From positions 1 through 64,000 of the forward strand of contig JAYOTF010000002.1 in the NCBI GenBank assembly GCA_038150265.1: a DNA stretch of 64,000 bases, given 5' to 3'. Shown here in pieces: positions 30,136 through 41,298 of this stretch (its first letter is position 1; every line of letters starts with the position of its first letter). Source of the stretch: Deltaproteobacteria bacterium (GTDB taxonomy: Bacteria > SAR324 > NAC60-12). The notes beneath the pieces were generated by a model. It saw nothing but the letters and a program-made list of their open reading frames with translations. It was not told where the DNA came from and did no database searches. Made by a program: the position numbers and the translations under genes.

Positions 30136-30489
30136 AATCAGACTCGACTCAACAGTAGGTTGGCAGTCCATTCAGGATAGGAAAAAATGACGGGCTGAAC
30201 AAGGTCGAATGCCGGACATTTTTTCTATATTTTACAAATATTTAGGGGCTTGAATTTCTTTGGGAAATTGTCATTTTAATCGGATTTTTGTTTTGAATGT
30301 CCGGGTGCAGGGACAAAACTGGACCACGGAGTCCGGTAATTTGGCAGATCGTGCTTTCTAGAAAAAGCAACTTTGGTATCGATGTGCTGAAGAAGTGACT
30401 GCCTAGAAGAAAGGTGACAGGTCACAGGAAGCCCCTGTGGCGACTTCGCCGGGGAAACGGAGCTGGAGTTGCTGGGGTGAGGAGGCCTC

Positions 30490-30565
30490 TGGAGCGGCAG
30501 ACGGGTCTCGAACCCGCGACCTGCAGCTTGGGAAGCTGCCGCTCTACCAACTGAGCTACTGCCGC
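30490..30565 (-). tRNA. tRNA-Gly(CCC)
   Basis: Reverse complement GCGGCAGTAGCTCAGTTGGTAGAGCGGCAGCTTCCCAAGCTGCAGGTCGCGGGTTCGAGACCCGTCTGCCGCTCCA. Confidence 0.97.
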
Positions 30566-30658
30566 GTGAGGAAGGGACGGAGGTGGGTACCGTGGTTCTG
30601 ATGATACGAGAACCCCGGAGCAAAAATCAACTGAGAATCGTGTCTTCAGCAGGGAGGC

Positions 30659-31939
30659 TCACGGGAGCAAGTCCCGGAGGCGGAAGTAGGCCATGGCCAG
30701 CACCAGCGAAGGCATCCGGAGCAGCGGCCCGCCTGGAAAGTGTGCGTGCGGGAGGCGGCTGCAGACGTCAAAGCGCTCGGCAAGTCCGCGCACGGCTTCG
30801 GCCATGAGCTTTCCGGCCATGGGGCCCATGGACACACCGTGCCCGGAAAAACCCTGGGCGAAGAGGATGTTGGGGGCCAGCCAGCCCAGGTGGGGGGCAC
30901 GGTTCATGGTGATGCCAACAAACCCGCCCCACGCGTACTCCATCTGGACGTCCGCCAACTGCGGGTACACGAGCAGCATGCGCTCCTTCATGGCGGCAAA
31001 CAGGTCCCGGGGCTCCAGAGTGGAGTAACTGACCCGTCCCCCAAACAGCATGCGGTGGTCTGCAGAGCAGCGGTAGTAGTCGAGGACAAAGTTGATGTCT
31101 GCCACCGCCTGGTTGTCTGGAAGCAGTTCGCGGGCCCGCTCTTCCCCCAGGGGCTCGGTGGCACCAATGTAAGTTCCAACCGGCATCAGCTTGCCCCGCA
31201 GTGGCTGAGACAGCTTTCCCAGGTACGCATTTCCCGCGAGGATCACGGACTGGCAACGAACCTCTCCGGTTTCGGTGATCAAGCGAGGGCGGTCCCCGGG
31301 TTCCAGAGAAAGGACCGGGCTGCTCTCATGAATCGTTGCGCCTTCCTGCTCGGCGGCACGGGCCAGCCCAAGGGTGAAGTTGAGGGGGTGCAGGTGTCCG
31401 CTGTTGGGGTCAAAGAGCCCCGTCCGGTAGCGCTCCGAGCCGATGTGCTGGCGCAACTCGTCTCCCTCCCAGAGCTGGAGCCCCTCGTAGCCGTATTCCC
31501 CTTCCAGCTCGTTCCAGAGGTCCCACAGTTCCCGACTCTGCCGAGGCTTGATGGCGGCGTGCATCTGCCCCTGCACCAGGTCGCAGTCGATCTGATACCG
31601 CTTGACCAGGTTCCGGACGAGATCCAGAGATTCAAGGGAAACCGCCCAAAGCTTGTGGGCGTCCTCGATCCCAACGAGGCTCCGGATGGTGGACATCTCA
31701 CAGCCAAATCCGAAGATGAACTGTCCACCGTTGCGTCCGGAGGCGCCCCACCCCACGCGGTTGGCTTCCAGCACCACCACTCGGTAGCCCTGCTGGGCCA
31801 GGTGCAACGCAGCGCTGAGTCCACAACCTCCGGCTCCCACCACACAGACGTCTGCCTCCACCGTCCCCTTCAGGCTCGGACGTTGGGGGGCCGCATGGGC
31901 AGAGGCGGCATAATAGGAAGGAGCGTGAGCAAGAGACAT
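30659..31939 (-). CDS. puuB: FAD-dependent gamma-glutamylputrescine oxidase-like protein
   Basis: SYYAASA, DVCVVGAG..GLSAA, GWGASGRNGG, GHLHPLN, AQGFSGHGV; follows a puuA-like gene. Confidence 0.85.
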   Translation of the reverse strand: MSLAHAPSYYAASAHAAPQRPSLKGTVEADVCVVGAGGCGLSAALHLAQQGYRVVVLEANRVGWGASGRNGGQFIFGFGCEMSTIRSLVGIEDAHKLWAVSLESLDLVRNLVKRYQIDCDLVQGQMHAAIKPRQSRELWDLWNELEGEYGYEGLQLWEGDELRQHIGSERYRTGLFDPNSGHLHPLNFTLGLARAAEQEGATIHESSPVLSLEPGDRPRLITETGEVRCQSVILAGNAYLGKLSQPLRGKLMPVGTYIGATEPLGEERARELLPDNQAVADINFVLDYYRCSADHRMLFGGRVSYSTLEPRDLFAAMKERMLLVYPQLADVQMEYAWGGFVGITMNRAPHLGWLAPNILFAQGFSGHGVSMGPMAGKLMAEAVRGLAERFDVCSRLPHAHFPGGPLLRMPSLVLAMAYFRLRDLLP

Positions 31940-32045
31940 GGGAATCACCAGGTTGAGGAAACGGGATCAGGCGGAGTGGTCGGACGGGCTCAATAAACGT
32001 GCTTTTCTTATTGAACCGCGTCTGGAGGCAAGTCTCAAACGTTGC

Positions 32046-33401
32046 TTACAGCGTTTTGAGGTACCAGTCGTATTCCAGGGGGTGGAAGAATTCCTGAAAG
32101 CGCTCCTGCTCCCCCCGTTTGAGGTTGCAGTAGAGGGACCAGAACTCCCGGCCGAGTGCCTTCGGGAGGACCTTCCCTTCCTCAAAGGCAAGGGTGGCTT
32201 GCTCCCAACTCCGGGGCAGGTCGGAGCCAAGCCGGTAGGCGTCTCCGGAAATCGGCTCCGGCGGGGTGAGCTGATGCGTCAGGCCGTGGTCGATGGCGGC
32301 GAGGAGCGCGGCCACCAGCAGAAAGGGGTTGGCGCCTGCTCCGGCCAGGCGGTGCTCAATCCGGGTCGCCTCCGGAAGTCCGGCAGGAATGCGGACGGCC
32401 GTTGTGCGGTTGTTGTACCCCCAGGTGCGGTTGCATGGCGCAAACGATCCCGGTTTGAAGCGCTGGTAGGAGTTGGCATGCGGAGCACAGAGGAGCATGG
32501 ACTCTTCCATCAGCTCCATCAACCCGCCAATGGCGTGGTGCAGGGCCGGGCTGCCCGTGGGGGACGCTCCCTGAAAAATGTTTTCGCCAGCCGCATCCAG
32601 CAGGCTCAGGTGGGTGTGCATGCCGTTCCCTGCGCGGTCCTGGTAGGGCTTCGGCATAAACGTCGCCTCCATGTCGTGGCGAATGGCCACGTTGCGGATG
32701 ATGTGCTTGAGCATCAGGGCGTCTTCACACGCCTGCACCGGATCTGGAACGTGGCGGAGGTTGATTTCGAACTGTCCGGCGTCCAGCTCTGCAACGGCTG
32801 TTTCAGCCGGAATGTTGAGGGCCACCGCAGCTTGCTGAACCTCCTTGAGGAACTCGCCATAGGTGTCGAGGGCCCGGAAGGCGTAGAGTTGGCTTTCGGT
32901 CTCCCGGATGCCGGTCCGTGGGGAGCGAGGGGGCTGGGGGAGCCCCTGACGGTTGGGCTGCTTGTCAATGAGGTAGAACTCCATCTCAATGGCCACCACC
33001 GGTGTCCACTGGCGCTGCTGAAAGCGCGCGAGCACTTCTTCCAGAACCGTCCGGGGGTCTCCAAAGTAGGGGGCGCCCTGTTCGTCTTCCATGCGGAGCT
33101 GAATCTGAGCCAGCCCGGGCCGCCACGGGACGGTGCTGAGGGTTTCCGTGAGGATGCGGCAGTGGCTGTCGCCATCGCCACTGGCAAAGCCGAGTCCGGT
33201 CCGCTCGATGGTCTCACCGGTGACCCCGAGGGCAAAGATGGAGGTGGGCAGGAAGACGCCTTCCTGAACCGCTTTGGGAAGCTTGGAGGCGAGGATGCGT
33301 TTGCCCCGGAGGATGCCATGCATGTCGGCAATCTGCAGGTCCACAAACTCCACTTCGGGGTGGTCCTGCAGAAAGGTGTGTACAGAGTCGAGATCGGTCA
33401 T
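32046..33401 (-). CDS. puuA: Glutamine synthetase-like gamma-glutamylpolyamine ligase
   Basis: GILRGKR, EMEFYL, GQFEINL, FMPKP..GNGMHTH, NSYQRF, WGYNNRT, EHRLAGA. Confidence 0.82.
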   Translation of the reverse strand: MTDLDSVHTFLQDHPEVEFVDLQIADMHGILRGKRILASKLPKAVQEGVFLPTSIFALGVTGETIERTGLGFASGDGDSHCRILTETLSTVPWRPGLAQIQLRMEDEQGAPYFGDPRTVLEEVLARFQQRQWTPVVAIEMEFYLIDKQPNRQGLPQPPRSPRTGIRETESQLYAFRALDTYGEFLKEVQQAAVALNIPAETAVAELDAGQFEINLRHVPDPVQACEDALMLKHIIRNVAIRHDMEATFMPKPYQDRAGNGMHTHLSLLDAAGENIFQGASPTGSPALHHAIGGLMELMEESMLLCAPHANSYQRFKPGSFAPCNRTWGYNNRTTAVRIPAGLPEATRIEHRLAGAGANPFLLVAALLAAIDHGLTHQLTPPEPISGDAYRLGSDLPRSWEQATLAFEEGKVLPKALGREFWSLYCNLKRGEQERFQEFFHPLEYDWYLKTL

Positions 33402-33451
33402 GAATGTTCCGACGCCGGAGCGTCAAAGAGGAATGGCGGGAGCGGGGTGCG

Positions 33452-33838
33452 TCAGCACTGGCGTTCGAGGGCCCGGTTGCGGTAGGCCTTGTCGCGGTTG
33501 ATCTCCTGACGCGTGGGCAGGCGTGGCGGGGGGTTGCCCTGCAGCATCTGCTGCAGACGTCCCTGCTGTCCGGAAGTCGTGGGGATGCCCTTGCGTTTGC
33601 GGTTCCAGGCGTCCAGTTCGAGCTGCCGCTGCTGCTCTCCCGTGAACACCGGGCGGTCTTGCTCGGCCTCCACCTCGCGTTGCACCCGGCCTTCGCAGAG
33701 GGTCCGCTTGTGCTGCTTCATGAAGAGGCGATCGGTGGCAAATTCCTGGGCTGCCGCTGAGAGCGGATGAGCGAGCAGCGTGGTGCCAAGCAGGGCAAAA
33801 GACAGCAAAAGACGAAACATTTTTTCAAAGGGACTCAA
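33452..33838 (-). CDS. Hypothetical secreted protein
   Basis: Signal-peptide-like FRLLLSFALLGTTLLAHPLSAAA; two Cys; start may be the second Met. Confidence 0.5.
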   Translation of the reverse strand: MSPFEKMFRLLLSFALLGTTLLAHPLSAAAQEFATDRLFMKQHKRTLCEGRVQREVEAEQDRPVFTGEQQRQLELDAWNRKRKGIPTTSGQQGRLQQMLQGNPPPRLPTRQEINRDKAYRNRALERQC

Positions 33839-34326
33839 GTTTTTGGGCAGAAATGCCGATAACCCTGATCAAGAAAGCCTTTTCTTCAGGAGTTGAAGAA
33901 GGAGACAAGCAAGTTTAACGCCTACTGAGCGCAGCAATGGATGGCCCCTCTCCAACACCCCGTGGGAGGATGAGCCGCTTGGTGAGGCGAGGACAGACGA
34001 GTTCTTTGACAAGTCGATTCTGACTGAGTCCCCCGGAAGCAGGGCCGACTCCGGAATGTGCCAGCCAGCACGGTGGCCAAGCGGGCGTCTTCGAGTGACT
34101 GAAGGCCTCTTGCATGAGACCAACCGGCCGGTCAGGGCGCTTTCGGCAGAACGGAACCCTGGGAGCCTCCTCGCTCTCTTGGCACCGACGCGAGCCTGAT
34201 GCTCAAAAAGTGCTGTGATTTTGAGGCGTTGCCTCCTTCCAGGGACCTCAAGGAATTTTTTTAGGTTCAACCTGTAGCTTATCCCCCTTTTGGGGTTTAT
34301 CCTAATAACCAACGTTAAGGAGCGTT

Positions 34327-34551
34327 ATGACGCCATCCGAACAGAAGATTGAACAGTACCACTCCATAGTTGGAGCCGACACCAGCTTCCGCTTTGAAGA
34401 AAAAGTGGCTCAAGCGGTGTTGGAGCTTGCGGAGTCATTGGAAGGCAACTTCATGGACGATGAATCGAAGGTCGATTATGCGACCCACGTTTTTGCCAAA
34501 ATGCTGGATGACCTCGCAGACTTTCTGGAACATCCACGCCTCATGAACTGA
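34327..34551 (+). CDS. Small acidic hypothetical protein
   Basis: SD AAGGAG before the ATG; stop abuts the next ATG. Confidence 0.7.
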   Translation: MTPSEQKIEQYHSIVGADTSFRFEEKVAQAVLELAESLEGNFMDDESKVDYATHVFAKMLDDLADFLEHPRLMN

Positions 34552-35952
34552 ATGGCCCCTGCCGCGTCGCCCGGATCCGTCCGGGCGCGACTGGAGAAGC
34601 AGCGATTCGGCACCTGGCTCCGCTTGGCGGGGCTGAGTTTTGTTGGCACCGCCCTGGTGCTGATGGCCCTGCTGATTTTCCAGGAAACTCCTCCCGCGTT
34701 TGAAGTCTGGGTTGCCGTCAACCTGGCCCTGCTCACCGTCTGCCTCCTCGGCAGCTGGCTGGTCAGTGCCCAGGTCGGCCGTCAGCTTCTCCTTCGTCAG
34801 CATCCGGAACTTGCAGAAGCGCTGCGGACGGCAGAAGCCCTGCACCGCAATCCGGCTCCGACTCCGGAAGATGAATTCTTTCGCAAGCAGCACCTCCATC
34901 ACCTTGAAGCCGAGCTTGAGGCCCAGCCGCGTGCGCTGGAGCCCCGTTGGCGGGTTCCGGTACTGCTGGCCGTCGCGGTGCAAACGGTGTGGCTGGCCGC
35001 CTTGTGGTGGGTTCCCGGCAACCCGGCCTTCCTGGAGTGGCGCGATGGACCGCTTCCAGAGGTCGCGGGCTCCTACCGGCTGCTGTTTCCTGCCTACCTG
35101 GAACGCGAATCACTGGTGCTGGAGACCCTTCCGGATCAGCTGAAGGTGCCCCGAGGCACCCGCCTGGAGGTGATGCTGGAAGACCGTCCGGACTCGGGTG
35201 ACCGCAGCCGGCTGGAGGTTCCGGAGCAGCCGCCGGAGGCGTTGCAGTGGCTCGAACAGCAGGGGCGCTGGCTGGCCGCCCTGACGCCGGCAGCATCCGG
35301 AACGCTCATCCTCGACTGGGAGCGCCGGAAGATTCCGGTGGAAGTGGTGCCTGATGCGGCGCCGGAGCTGCTGGTGCTGTGGCCCAAGCTGGAACACATC
35401 TTCGACAGCTCCCCCTTGCCGGTGGACCTGACCGCCACTGACGACCACGCCCTCTCGCGCATCACGCTTTATTACCGAGTCGAGCAAACCGGCGAAGTCT
35501 ACCGCGAGATCATCCAGGCCTTTGAGTCCACGGTTTCCGAGCATCAGGAGCTGTACTCGTGGGAACTCTCTGGAACGCCCCTCCGGGCTGGTGACAACGT
35601 CACCGCCTGGATGGAAGCAACCGACCGAGACACGTTGATGGGACCGAACGTGGCTCGCTCCGAGGAGTTTCAGTTTACGGTGGAGAGCCTGAAGGAATTT
35701 CACGAACGCCTGCTGGCGCGCCTCTGGGAAGTCGACGAGGGCCTGCGGGAACTGTTGGGCTTTCTGGACCGCAAGCTGATTCCGGAAACAACGGAGCAGG
35801 AGCGCTACCTGGAGGAATTGCTGGAGCGCATCAAGCGCGACATGACCTGGGACCCGCTTCTTTCCGACCCGCTCAAGAGCCTGGTTCGGGAGCTGCAGAA
35901 CCGCCTGGAAGACTACCGTGACCGGCGTCGTCAGGCCGGACCCGCCAGCTGA
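34552..35952 (+). CDS. Membrane protein with Ig-like domains (DUF4175-like, short form)
   Basis: Three TMs, then VVPDAAP..ATDDHAL..L.Y and L.AGD.V..MEATDRD...GPNVARS. Confidence 0.6.
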   Translation: MAPAASPGSVRARLEKQRFGTWLRLAGLSFVGTALVLMALLIFQETPPAFEVWVAVNLALLTVCLLGSWLVSAQVGRQLLLRQHPELAEALRTAEALHRNPAPTPEDEFFRKQHLHHLEAELEAQPRALEPRWRVPVLLAVAVQTVWLAALWWVPGNPAFLEWRDGPLPEVAGSYRLLFPAYLERESLVLETLPDQLKVPRGTRLEVMLEDRPDSGDRSRLEVPEQPPEALQWLEQQGRWLAALTPAASGTLILDWERRKIPVEVVPDAAPELLVLWPKLEHIFDSSPLPVDLTATDDHALSRITLYYRVEQTGEVYREIIQAFESTVSEHQELYSWELSGTPLRAGDNVTAWMEATDRDTLMGPNVARSEEFQFTVESLKEFHERLLARLWEVDEGLRELLGFLDRKLIPETTEQERYLEELLERIKRDMTWDPLLSDPLKSLVRELQNRLEDYRDRRRQAGPAS

Positions 35953-36605
35953 CGCTTTTCCACATCCCGCTTCAGGTAGAGAGGATGGACGCGGTCAAAG
36001 GCGTCTGGGCCGTGCTGTTCCAAACGGACCCGTCCCACGTGAGTGAGCAAGACGGCATCCGGAGCCAGGAACCGTCGGGGCTGCTGGGGCAGCTCGTGGA
36101 AGATCGGGTCCGGTTTGGGCGCAATGGAGTGAAAGATTCCGGGCCGCCGGGTCTCTGCAGGCGTGAGGTCTTCCCAGCGGCTCAAATGAGGCTCGCGCTG
36201 AAGCTGAACGGTGCCTGCGACGTGTTGCGCTTCTGCCACAAAGACCTCCCGACGGGTGCAGTTGAGGAGCACCGGGAAGGACGCTTCTGTGGGTTCCGCC
36301 TGAGCCGCCAGCAGCTCCAGTGAATTGACCGCCACGAGGGGCTTGTTCTGGACCTGAGCCAGGGTCTTGATCACTGACATCCCAATGCGGACCCCTGTGT
36401 ACGAGCCCGGGCCCTGGTTGACGATGAACACGTCCACGTCCCGGAGCTGGAGCCGCAGGTCCTGAAAGGCGGGGTCCAGCAGCTCAAAGAGAGCGCTGGC
36501 GTTTCGCCGGCGGGTGAGGGCATAATGCTGGGCCAAAACTTCGGAGCCGCGCTGCAGCGCAAACGCGAGGTGGCCAAATGCGGTGTCCAGGGCAAGAGAG
36601 AGCAT
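35931..36605 (-). CDS. tsaB: t6A tRNA modification protein TsaB
   Basis: LALDTA, GPGSYTGVRIG, V.SLE.LA, P.YLKR; TGATG overlap with tsaE. Confidence 0.92.
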   Translation of the reverse strand: MLSLALDTAFGHLAFALQRGSEVLAQHYALTRRRNASALFELLDPAFQDLRLQLRDVDVFIVNQGPGSYTGVRIGMSVIKTLAQVQNKPLVAVNSLELLAAQAEPTEASFPVLLNCTRREVFVAEAQHVAGTVQLQREPHLSRWEDLTPAETRRPGIFHSIAPKPDPIFHELPQQPRRFLAPDAVLLTHVGRVRLEQHGPDAFDRVHPLYLKRDVEKRQLAGPA

Positions 36606-37078
36606 CAGGGCTCCAGTTCCTTCAAGAGGGGAAAGAGTTCGGGAGACGCGGTTTCCAGCTCCAGGTACCGTCCTTCCGGAGTGGGCTGGAGGCGGATTTC
36701 CAGCACAGGCGCATCGGGAAGCTGCTCCCGGATCAGGTCGGGCCACTCAATGAGGCTGATGCCCTCTGGAGGAATCAGCTCCTCCGGATCGAAGGCGTCG
36801 AGCTGCGAGGCGTCTTCCAGGCGGTAGAGGTCGACGTGGTGAACCGGCAGGCGTCCGGAGTAAATGTGAACAATGGTGTAGGTGGGAGAGGTGACCGAGG
36901 TGGCAGCCAGGCCGAGTCCGGACCCAATGCCCTTGGCCAGCGTGGTCTTGCCCCCGCCCATGGGACCGTTCAGGAGCACCACGGTGCCAGCCTCCAGTTG
37001 GGCGCCCAGGCGTTCACCCCAGGCCTGAGTGGCTTCTGGAGTGGGCAGTTGCAGAGACGTTACGCGGGAATCACCCAT
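36605..37078 (-). CDS. tsaE: t6A ATPase TsaE
   Basis: GPMGGGKTT, VTSPTYTIVHIY, HVDLYRL, LIEWP. Confidence 0.95.
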   Translation of the reverse strand: MGDSRVTSLQLPTPEATQAWGERLGAQLEAGTVVLLNGPMGGGKTTLAKGIGSGLGLAATSVTSPTYTIVHIYSGRLPVHHVDLYRLEDASQLDAFDPEELIPPEGISLIEWPDLIREQLPDAPVLEIRLQPTPEGRYLELETASPELFPLLKELEP

Positions 37079-37721
37079 GCGGAAGCACTGTTTGTTGAGC
37101 TGTGAACGGGTTGGTTATGCCCCTGACCCTGAGGGCACGTTGGGGTGGGATGTCTTTGAGATGAGCTGGGAGCTGTTTCCGGAGTCCCCGCTTTCGTTGC
37201 TGACCACCCGGCTGGAGCAGGAGGAGTTAGTATGGCGACTCCTTTTGGGGAAGCTCAAGCCCAAATCCGGAGGCTTTGCCGGAGAGGGACGCCGGTCCTT
37301 GCAGGGCGATCGTGACATCTGGAGCCGGGCGGCTCGAGAAAACAGCCTGGAGGACAACCTGCGCTCTCGGCTCTTTACGGACCGTCCGTGGCTTGAGGCG
37401 CGCCGGGTGGATCACTTGCAGCTCTTCCACCTGCTGGAGCTGTCGGTCCGAGACCGCAAGGCGCCGCTGGGCTTCCTGAAGGAGCCCGCCCGGAGCCGAG
37501 CGCTGCTCTGCCTGGTGCTCTGTGCACGCTTCCGGACGCTGGTGGTCCGGAGCCTTCCGCACTGCGAAGACGACCTGACCCAAACCCTGTTTTGCCGCTG
37601 GCTGGAAACCTTTTCCGGCGGAGTGGTCTTCCTCAATGCCCCGGAGTCCTGGCAACGGAGGTGTGCGCAGCACCTGGTGATTGATTCCAGCGGCACCACC
37701 TTTTCGGTAACCCCACGTTGA
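37077..37721 (+). CDS. Hypothetical protein resembling an ABC ATPase domain with degenerate catalytic motifs
   Basis: RLLLGKLKPKSGG and WLETFSGGVVF keep ABC scaffold spacing; 12 nt upstream of dnaG. Confidence 0.55.
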   Translation: MRKHCLLSCERVGYAPDPEGTLGWDVFEMSWELFPESPLSLLTTRLEQEELVWRLLLGKLKPKSGGFAGEGRRSLQGDRDIWSRAARENSLEDNLRSRLFTDRPWLEARRVDHLQLFHLLELSVRDRKAPLGFLKEPARSRALLCLVLCARFRTLVVRSLPHCEDDLTQTLFCRWLETFSGGVVFLNAPESWQRRCAQHLVIDSSGTTFSVTPR

Positions 37722-37733
37722 TGGCTCAAACTC

Positions 37734-39491
37734 ATGCGCTTTGAACGGGAATTCGTCCAGCAGGTCGAAGCAGCCACGGACCTGGTTTCCCTGATTCAGG
37801 ATCATGGTGTCGTTCTGAAAAAGGCCGGGGCCAATTACAAGGGCTGCTGTCCCTTTCACTCGGAAAAGACGCCCTCGTTTAACGTCAACCCCCAGCGGAA
37901 CTTTTACCACTGCTTTGGCTGTGGCGTCGGCGGAGGACCGCTCAAGTTCCTCATGGATCACGACCGACTCGGTTTTGTGGAGGCTGTGGAAGACCTGGCC
38001 CAGCGCAGTGGCCTTGCGCTTCCGGAGCGGACCGATGGGCCAAGGCGTCGGCCTGCCGATGATCCGGGCTTGCGAGCCCTGACGCTGGCCGCGTCCTTTT
38101 ATGAAGAGCAGCTGGCCGGTTCTGCCGGGGCAGCCGTGCGGCGCTACCTGGGCGAGCGCATGGTTCCGGAAGCGATGTGGAGTGCCTTTCGGCTGGGATA
38201 CGCGCCAGACGACTGGCGGACCCTGCTCCGGCACCTGGAGGGCGCCCAGTGTTCGGAAGACGTGATGCTCCAGGCCGGGCTCATCAAGCAGTCGGAGCGC
38301 TCGGGACGTCCCTACGACCGCTTCCGGAATCGCCTCATGTTTCCAATTCGGGACCTCCGGGGACGGGTCATTGGCTTTGGAGGGCGGGTCTTTGGAGAGG
38401 CGGAGGGGCCCAAGTACCTGAACAGTCCGGAGAGCGATTACTACCACAAGAGTCAGGTGCTGTACGGGCTTTATGAGGGCCTGGAGGTCATCCGGACCAA
38501 ACGCGAGATGATCTTTGTGGAAGGGTACCTCGACGTCATCCGGTTGCATGAGCATGGCATCCAGCAGGCGGTTGCTCCATGTGGAACGGCACTGACCGAG
38601 GAACACGTGGGGCTGGTGAGCCGCTATGCGGATCGGGTCATCCTGGTGTTTGATGGCGATGACGCCGGACGCAAGGCGGCGCTGAAGAGCTGCGCCCTGT
38701 TTTTGGGAAAGCGCTTGCAGGTGGAGGTGGTCACGCTGCCGCCTCAGGAAGATCCGGACACCCTGCTGCTGCAGGGCGGCGCTCCCGCGTTTGAAGCCGT
38801 GGTGCAGCAGGGGCAGAACCTGGTGGACTTCTGGGTGGAACGGACGCTGGCGAAGCATCCGGAGACGCCGCAGGGAAAGATGCTGGCACTGGAGGAGCTG
38901 CTTGCCGACCTGCAACCGCTTGAGGAGTCGCCCCTGAAGCACCTGCTGCTGCAAAGTGTGGGCGATCGGTTGCGGCTGGACCCGAAATTGTTGGGTGACT
39001 CAGCAAAACGCTTGCAGCGTCCGGTGGAAAATGATATAAAACCCAGTTTATCTGCCACCCCTGCCGTCATCCGGGACGAGTACTGGATTCTCCAGGCAAT
39101 GCTAACCGCCAGGCACCTCGCAACCCAAGCACGGGAGCAACTTCAGGCCGATGACTTCCAGGACCCACGATGGAAAAGGCTTTTTTTGCACCTCGTGCAG
39201 CTCTCCGACGACGAGCTTTCCTCTTTTGACCCCATTGATCTTGAACCACTCCACCCCGACCTTAGCCGTGATGCCATGGAACTGCTGGCGGGGGAATTCC
39301 TGGACACTCATGTTGAGGAGCAGTTTCGCCTCTCCTTAGTGCGTTTGAAAGAGCGTGCCCTGCAGCGTCAAAAGGGAAGCCTGACGGCTCCGGATGACTG
39401 GGAACAGCGGCTGCAGAGCGGCATGGCATGGCGTCAGGAATGGCAGCGCGTTCGGCGCTACCGGGAAGAATCCAGAACCTCAAATCCGTAG
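37734..39491 (+). CDS. dnaG: DNA primase
   Basis: [51 protein letters not shown]. Confidence 0.97.
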   Translation: MRFEREFVQQVEAATDLVSLIQDHGVVLKKAGANYKGCCPFHSEKTPSFNVNPQRNFYHCFGCGVGGGPLKFLMDHDRLGFVEAVEDLAQRSGLALPERTDGPRRRPADDPGLRALTLAASFYEEQLAGSAGAAVRRYLGERMVPEAMWSAFRLGYAPDDWRTLLRHLEGAQCSEDVMLQAGLIKQSERSGRPYDRFRNRLMFPIRDLRGRVIGFGGRVFGEAEGPKYLNSPESDYYHKSQVLYGLYEGLEVIRTKREMIFVEGYLDVIRLHEHGIQQAVAPCGTALTEEHVGLVSRYADRVILVFDGDDAGRKAALKSCALFLGKRLQVEVVTLPPQEDPDTLLLQGGAPAFEAVVQQGQNLVDFWVERTLAKHPETPQGKMLALEELLADLQPLEESPLKHLLLQSVGDRLRLDPKLLGDSAKRLQRPVENDIKPSLSATPAVIRDEYWILQAMLTARHLATQAREQLQADDFQDPRWKRLFLHLVQLSDDELSSFDPIDLEPLHPDLSRDAMELLAGEFLDTHVEEQFRLSLVRLKERALQRQKGSLTAPDDWEQRLQSGMAWRQEWQRVRRYREESRTSNP

Positions 39492-39496
39492 GGCAC

Positions 39497-41287
39497 ATGT
39501 CCGAGACCTCCGTCCTTCAAGACCTCCCGAAAAACGAATCGAAGCTCATCAAGGAACTGGTGGCCGAAGGCCGCGACAAGGGCTTCCTGACTCACGACGA
39601 CATCAACGGACAACTCCGTGACAACACCTCTCCGGAGCAAATGGAGCGCCTGCTGGCCATTTTGGAAGAGGTGGGCATTGACGTGGTGGACTCGGAGCGG
39701 CAGATTCGTTTGAATTCGGCAGAGCGGGATGTTCCGGACCTGGACCTGGAGGACTACCAGGAGCAGGAGCTGGACCTGGACCCCGGGGTGGACAACTCGA
39801 CCGATGACCCGGTGCGGATGTACCTGCGGGAGATGGGGACGATCCAGTTGCTCACACGGGATGGCGAGATCAGTGTGGCCCAGCAGATTGAGCAGGGGCA
39901 GCAGGAACTCATTGAGATCTTTGTCCACTCCAACCTGATCATCCTCTACCTGATGGAGATCAACAAGCGGCTCAAGAGTCAAAAACTCCGGGCCCGGCAC
40001 GTGGTGAGTGGGTTGGATGAGGACGACAACGTCATTGAAGATGAAGACGCCGCCACGACCAAGCTCATTGAACAGCTGGACGAGCTGCAAGAAAATTACG
40101 AGAAGGCTCAGAACCTGCAAGAGAAGGCACAGAAGCGCAAGCTGACGGGTCCGCAGGGCAAGCAGCTTCAAGAGGCCGAAGACCGCATTCAGGAGATCAT
40201 CCGGACCATCAACTTCAACTCCCGGCAACTGGAGCTGATGTGCCTGGAGATGTTCAAGCACAAGAACCGGATTGACCTCACCCGTCGGCACATCCAGGGC
40301 TACATCAAGGCGCTCAAGACGCCGGTGGAGGAGTTGGACGCGCTCTTTGAGAACTGGTACCAGGCCAAGGGAACCGAGACCCGAAAAGCGGCCCAGGCGA
40401 TTCATCAGCGCACGGGGGCTCCGGTCAACATTGCGAACCGGATTTATGAGAAGCTCAAGGCTGGGGAACGCCGTGTGCAAGCCATGACAGACCGGACGGC
40501 GCTCACCTGGGAGGCCTTCCAGCAGGAAGTGGCCCTGCTCCGGGAAGCAGAGAGCAAGGTCAAACGGGCCAAGGCAGCCCTGGTGGAAGCCAACCTGCGG
40601 CTGGTGATCAGCATCGCCAAGAAGTACACGAACCGCGGCCTGCAGTTCCTGGACCTCATTCAGGAAGGGAACATTGGGCTGATGAAGGCGGTGGACAAGT
40701 TCGAGTACCGGCGCGGCTACAAGTTTTCCACCTACGCCACCTGGTGGATCCGTCAGTCGATCACCCGGGCCATTGCGGACCAGGCTCGGACGATCCGGAT
40801 TCCGGTGCACATGATTGAGACGATCAACAAGCTCTCCCGCATGTCCCGGACCCTGATTCAGGAGTACGGACGGGAGCCGACGGCAGATGAAATTTCTGAC
40901 CACATTGGCATGCCCCTGCACAAGGTCCGCAAGGTGCTGAAGATTGCCAAGGAGCCCATCTCGCTGGACACGCCGATTGGAGACGATGACGATTCGCAAC
41001 TGAAGGACTTCATTGCGGATGACAAGGCTGGAGACCCGAATGACGCGACCATTTACGCGAACATGGGCGAGAAGACCCGAGAAGCACTGGGCACCCTGAC
41101 GGAACGAGAAGAGAAGGTGCTGCGCATGCGATTTGGCATTGACGAGATCAAGGACCACACCCTGGAAGAAGTGGGGCAGGATTTTGATGTCACGCGTGAG
41201 CGGATCCGTCAGATTGAAGCGAAGGCCCTCCGCAAGCTGCGGCACCCTTCGCGCTCGAAGTTGTTACGATCCTTTTATGAAGGTTAA
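39497..41287 (+). CDS. rpoD: Primary sigma factor RpoD
   Basis: Region 1.1, [51 protein letters not shown]. Confidence 0.98.
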   Translation: MSETSVLQDLPKNESKLIKELVAEGRDKGFLTHDDINGQLRDNTSPEQMERLLAILEEVGIDVVDSERQIRLNSAERDVPDLDLEDYQEQELDLDPGVDNSTDDPVRMYLREMGTIQLLTRDGEISVAQQIEQGQQELIEIFVHSNLIILYLMEINKRLKSQKLRARHVVSGLDEDDNVIEDEDAATTKLIEQLDELQENYEKAQNLQEKAQKRKLTGPQGKQLQEAEDRIQEIIRTINFNSRQLELMCLEMFKHKNRIDLTRRHIQGYIKALKTPVEELDALFENWYQAKGTETRKAAQAIHQRTGAPVNIANRIYEKLKAGERRVQAMTDRTALTWEAFQQEVALLREAESKVKRAKAALVEANLRLVISIAKKYTNRGLQFLDLIQEGNIGLMKAVDKFEYRRGYKFSTYATWWIRQSITRAIADQARTIRIPVHMIETINKLSRMSRTLIQEYGREPTADEISDHIGMPLHKVRKVLKIAKEPISLDTPIGDDDDSQLKDFIADDKAGDPNDATIYANMGEKTREALGTLTEREEKVLRMRFGIDEIKDHTLEEVGQDFDVTRERIRQIEAKALRKLRHPSRSKLLRSFYEG

Positions 41288-41298
41288 CCCCTGAGGAG

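Noticed and set aside
30172..30489. Integration site at the tRNA-Gly 3' end bringing in the kinase cluster
   Set aside because: The spacer is AT-rich, but I found no att duplication or integrase; a promoter region explains it.
32046..33401. Calling this gene glnA
   Set aside because: The GILRGKR N-terminus and the adjacent puuB-like oxidase fit the GS-like gamma-glutamylation family better.
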